From NCBI GenBank assembly GCA_050506795.1, contig JBJHCF010000036.1:1-55471 (forward strand): a stretch of 55,471 bases of DNA, written 5' to 3'. A program made the position numbers and the translations under genes. The DNA comes from Opitutia bacterium (GTDB lineage: Bacteria > Verrucomicrobiota > Verrucomicrobiia > Opitutales > T3Sed10-336). Each line of letters starts with the position of its first letter. Position 1 is the stretch's first letter. Shown piece by piece: positions 51,571 through 55,471 of the stretch. The notes under the pieces were generated by a model. The model ran no database searches. It saw only the letters and a program-made list of their open reading frames with translations, and had not been told where the DNA came from.

Positions 51571-54500
51571 CTATTTCGGATCCCCCGAGACCAGCCAATT
51601 GCTTTGAAAAATGTTCAGATCCGTGGACCGGACCCGTCCGTCGCCGGTGATATCCGCCACCGCCGCGGCGGGATTGTCGGCGACGTTCTGCAACCAATAG
51701 GTGCTGAAAAGATTGAGATCCGAGCTTCTGACGGCGTTGTCCCCGGTCAGATCGCCGGCCAGCAGGCGGTGGTTCTCTGTAAACCGCACCGCTCCCTGAC
51801 CGTTGGCGTCGAGGGTCGAAGGCAAACGACGACGCAAATGTTTCGGAGCCTTGGCACTCAGGTAGGCCGTTCCTTCCGGCACCTGCTTGAAGGTGAAACG
51901 ATCGAGGTTGGCCGTTCCCATGACCACGGCAGCCACCCGCTCCTCCAGCACCGAGCCAAAGGCGTCGGTGAAGGCGAAAGTGACGTCGACCGTCAACGGA
52001 CTGGCATCGGTGCCGGCGGTGAAGCCCTGCAAACTGATGTCCACATCGATCTCGTTCTTGTTCAGGATAACTTCTCCCAGATCGAGCGTGGCCGTGTTCC
52101 CGGAACGATCGCTGACCACGGCGCGCACCACGTAGTCGCCGTTCCGGGCTTCCGCCGTGAGAGGAACCGTAAATAGAAATTGGGTGTGCTCCTCGTCGTC
52201 GATCCACACCCGGGAGGAGCCGTCCAACAGGTTGCCCTCGATCACTTCCCCCGCGGCGCCGCCCAGGCCGACCAAAGTGACCGCGGCGCCGGACTCGTCG
52301 ATTCCCGACAGCGCGTCGAAGGCTTCGAAACTCACCAGCAGATCGCCCTGTTCGACCACCGCGCCGGAGGCGGTCATATCAGCCCAGCCTCCCTGGTCCT
52401 GCATGATCACAGCCCCGTCGGCGATCCGCGGCGCGGTGCCGTCGATGGTGACGTACCCGGAGTTCATGCTGAAAGGCGCAAGAAGGTCGCCGGTGCTTTC
52501 GCGGCGCAACGCCGTATCCCCTTCGCCCGACGACGCGAACGCCGAATTTCCGTCCATCAGGAAAAGAACCGTGCGTCCTTCCCGCTGATGCGCCGTCAAA
52601 CCGAGCCGGACAACCTCTCCGTCGACGACCGTTCCTCCGGTCGCTGAGTGGCCAAAGACTCCATGCCAACCGCCGATTACTCCACCGGTGGAACTTCCGC
52701 CGTTTAATTCAACCCAGCCTCCCTGGGTCTCGATGCTCGCGCCGGAAAAATAGTCGGTTGCATACCCGGCCGTGAATCCGGCCTGGTCCACTGCCTGGGA
52801 CAGAGCGGCATAAGCCACATAGGCTTCGATGGTGTCACCCGGCTGAATGAAGAGATTGCCCTCGGCGTCCAGAGTACGCCCCGCCTTCAATCCGGACGCC
52901 GCGAGTTCGATCCCGAGATCGTTGCGCGTCCGGTTGCGGTCTTCGACATTCCCCCAACCGTCAACCTCCACCGTCACCCGGGGGTTTCCGATTACGGTGA
53001 GAAAGGTATCCAGACGATCGACGACATTATGGTAGACCGCCGCTCCGTCGCCGCCGTCCTCGATCACAACTCCGGCCTCGGCAAAAAGATTGTCGCGAAT
53101 CACCACATCGCCTGAGTCGACGATCAGATCCCCCGTTTCAAATACCGACCGAAACATCCTCAACTTCGATCCGGCGGCGGCCGTCAGGGTGAACCCGACA
53201 CCAGAAGAATCGATGAGGCTGCCGTCGAGCGACAGGTCCCCGCCCTGGGCCACCGTCAAGTGGACGCCTTCGGCCATGTGAATGTCGGAAAGCAAGCCCC
53301 GCATCACTCCCGAAACGATCAGGTCCCCGTTGATTTCGATGGAACCCAAACCGTGAAACAATTCCAGCGTTCCCGCCAGGCGGCTCACCGCTTCGGCTTC
53401 CCCGAACGACAGATTCGCGTTATTGACCAACAGCTCCGCGCCTTCCTCGATCACCAGGCTGCCGGCGACCACCCGCGCTCCTGTGTCGATTAGGCCGTTG
53501 GCGCCCGATTCCAGGACCAGTTCGCCATCAACCCGCAGACTCCCGTCGATCGGGAGGGCAAGCCCCTTCCCCACCGCGACCGAACCGGCCGAATTCAACA
53601 CCGCTCCCGGACCGAGGATCAATTCGCCCACCCGCAGATCGCCTTCGCCCCGGATTTCCAGGTATCCGTTCTCCAGTACCTCCAAACTATCGACAGTCAG
53701 CGTGCTTCCGTCCGCAATCTCCATCACACCCTGTTCGAACTCCAGCGCGCGTGCGTTGTCGCGGTAGGCCGCGATTACGTGCCGAGTCTGACGAAGGGTG
53801 CGGGCGTTGTCCGCCAGCGACGAATGGCCGGTGGGGGCGCCCATAAAACTGACATCCGGATTGGAGAAGTGCGGCACCCGGGTGGAGACGGGATAGGCCA
53901 TCACCGAACTGTAATTTCTGCCATCGCTTCCCTTCCACTGCCAGCCAAAGGAATAATCGAACATACCCGCGCTGCCGGTATTGGCCGAATCGTGCGCCAG
54001 CCCCAGGTTGTGACCCATTTCGTGGGCAAAAGTGTAAGACGTCGCCGCCTGGCGGGCCCGGCTGATGGAGAAGCCGCCACCCGGATCCCCGTCCATCGAA
54101 CGCAGCAGCCAGCCAATCCCGCCGTAGCTGACGCCCTCGACAAACATGGCCACCAGGTCGGCCCCGTGCTCATTCCGCAGGGCGTGAACCTCGTTTAAAT
54201 AGGCGCCGTAAGGACCGAAGGTTTCGGTCAATCGCATGAGGTCGATCCAACCGTCTCCATGCTCTTTGTAATCGACGGCCGCGCTGTGCACCAGACGGAA
54301 CTCAATCAACCCTTCACTGTTGTCCATGGCCAACTGGGCGCGAGCCGTGGCGTCAAGAATCAGCGCATCGATTCCACCAGCGTTCTTATTGGCCCATGCC
54401 GCCGCGGCCGGGGTGTAAACCACCATTACGTCGATAGTGGTCAAAGGCGATTCATCCCCGCCGGAAGACATCGTCACGGGACCCGACTCCCCGGCGCTCC

Positions 54501-55128
54501 CTTCTGAGTCAAATTCCATCACGTCGCCCGCTGCCTCGCGAATGCAGGTCTCACAAGGCGCTTCTTCTGGCAGCGAGGCGAGATCCAGGACACCAAGCAG
54601 ATGACCTTCGCTGTCGGGATCGTAGCGAACGAAGTATTCAGTGTTTTCGCGTTCGATATGGATCGACGCCAACTGCCGTCCGTCCGGCGCCACCGAAATG
54701 ACAAAGTGTCCGAAAGGCGCCGCCTCGATGGTTCCCCGAAGCACGGTCCGCTCCCCGGCGTTCCGGCTGATAGACTCCACCACTCCCTCAATCCGCCGGC
54801 CGGCCGGCGCCGGCAAAGGCAAGCGATCGCCGACCCGAATGCCGTCCGGATCGCTCAACACCGGATCCGGTTGAAACGGCTCCCGGTGTTGAAAGACAGG
54901 CCCCTCCTCCACCGGCAAGTCCACCGCTGCCGTTTCTACCCACAAACGTTCACCTTCCGCGTTGCGCTCGTTCTCCGGTAACGCATTAGATCGAACCTCC
55001 CCATCGAATACAACCGAGGCGGTATTCGACGTGGCGGGTTCATCGCTTGAATTAAACAGCCAAAAAGCCGCGGACAGAATAAAGGCCGATAGCGACAAGC
55101 CGGACAGGATGTGTTTGGTGGTTTTCAC
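51571..55128 (-). CDS. Secreted multidomain metzincin (reprolysin/M12-like) protease with a C-terminal dockerin-like domain
   Basis: N-terminal anchor, IDVMVVYT, HEMGHNLGLAH, SVMAY Met-turn, paired GDLTGDNAVRSSDL and ADITGDGRVRSTDL. Confidence 0.88.
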   Translation of the reverse strand: MKTTKHILSGLSLSAFILSAAFWLFNSSDEPATSNTASVVFDGEVRSNALPENERNAEGERLWVETAAVDLPVEEGPVFQHREPFQPDPVLSDPDGIRVGDRLPLPAPAGRRIEGVVESISRNAGERTVLRGTIEAAPFGHFVISVAPDGRQLASIHIERENTEYFVRYDPDSEGHLLGVLDLASLPEEAPCETCIREAAGDVMEFDSEGSAGESGPVTMSSGGDESPLTTIDVMVVYTPAAAAWANKNAGGIDALILDATARAQLAMDNSEGLIEFRLVHSAAVDYKEHGDGWIDLMRLTETFGPYGAYLNEVHALRNEHGADLVAMFVEGVSYGGIGWLLRSMDGDPGGGFSISRARQAATSYTFAHEMGHNLGLAHDSANTGSAGMFDYSFGWQWKGSDGRNYSSVMAYPVSTRVPHFSNPDVSFMGAPTGHSSLADNARTLRQTRHVIAAYRDNARALEFEQGVMEIADGSTLTVDSLEVLENGYLEIRGEGDLRVGELILGPGAVLNSAGSVAVGKGLALPIDGSLRVDGELVLESGANGLIDTGARVVAGSLVIEEGAELLVNNANLSFGEAEAVSRLAGTLELFHGLGSIEINGDLIVSGVMRGLLSDIHMAEGVHLTVAQGGDLSLDGSLIDSSGVGFTLTAAAGSKLRMFRSVFETGDLIVDSGDVVIRDNLFAEAGVVIEDGGDGAAVYHNVVDRLDTFLTVIGNPRVTVEVDGWGNVEDRNRTRNDLGIELAASGLKAGRTLDAEGNLFIQPGDTIEAYVAYAALSQAVDQAGFTAGYATDYFSGASIETQGGWVELNGGSSTGGVIGGWHGVFGHSATGGTVVDGEVVRLGLTAHQREGRTVLFLMDGNSAFASSGEGDTALRRESTGDLLAPFSMNSGYVTIDGTAPRIADGAVIMQDQGGWADMTASGAVVEQGDLLVSFEAFDALSGIDESGAAVTLVGLGGAAGEVIEGNLLDGSSRVWIDDEEHTQFLFTVPLTAEARNGDYVVRAVVSDRSGNTATLDLGEVILNKNEIDVDISLQGFTAGTDASPLTVDVTFAFTDAFGSVLEERVAAVVMGTANLDRFTFKQVPEGTAYLSAKAPKHLRRRLPSTLDANGQGAVRFTENHRLLAGDLTGDNAVRSSDLNLFSTYWLQNVADNPAAAVADITGDGRVRSTDLNIFQSNWLVSGDPK

Positions 55129-55234
55129 GGTTCGTATAGGTCATTGTGAAAAAGCCTCTGCCGAACGTTTAAATCGGCTGTACAAACTTGTTTCACAACC
55201 CATTCGATAGAATGAATACGAACCTTATAGCCAC

Positions 55235-55257
55235 AAAAAACGCGGCCGTAGCCGCGT
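55235..55257 (-). terminator. Rho-independent terminator-like hairpin upstream of the protease gene
   Basis: Minus strand ACGCGGC-TACG-GCCGCGT-TTTTT. Confidence 0.7.
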
Positions 55258-55471
55258 ATTCATAGGATTCTTACATTATATGTTTTTTACTATTATTTTA
55301 ATGTAAGAGCTGAATCTAAAAACATTGTTATCAGTTTATAAAAATGCCTCTTCAGAAAAATTCGTGGGCGGTTTCCGGTTCGGGAAGGTCCCCCATGTTG
55401 TGATATAAGGCGGTTTCAACGGCGTTGAAGGTGCGAAATCCGTAGGCTTTTCTGGTAGCCAGATTTACTTT

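Noticed and set aside
55405..55471. Resemblance to a c-di-GMP-I riboswitch (GGTGCGAAA...TGGTAGCCAG)
   Set aside because: The GNRA-capped P2 and the GGCAAA/GCAAA core are not matched, and the window ends here.

Overview
A GC-rich bacterial chromosomal segment, probably Verrucomicrobiota (Opitutales-like). This assignment is an inference from the PEP-CTERM protein, the PVC-type prepilin, the double-length UvrA and A/C-rich leaders. Most of the window is housekeeping: TPP riboswitch-thiC, trpA, crtI, hflX, tRNA-Gln, eno, a Mn/Zn ABC transporter, a CP-ATP-grasp/alpha-E pair, purD, LMW phosphatase, glyA, CBS-PPase, mlaEFD, recF, cysteine desulfurase, kdsD, uvrA, tatC and ppdK. From about 44.9 kb there is an accessory exopolysaccharide/surface block. 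The least explained structures are: (1) a three-layer nested element at 49737-50616, in which a Y1/HUH transposase with its own ~86-bp modular inverted repeats sits inside a 752-bp cassette with perfect 14-bp terminal inverted repeats and a near-perfect 8-bp target duplication, itself inserted in a GGAG-type REP; (2) an exported protein of ~20 aromatic-Pro repeats translationally coupled to mlaEFD; (3) an unannotated rod-shaped RNA candidate with its own promoter at 12.9-13.1 kb; (4) a structured leader over the start codon of a dockerin-bearing metalloprotease; and (5) a degenerate sigma/anti-sigma fusion. All calls come from reading motifs by eye. No database search or folding program was run.
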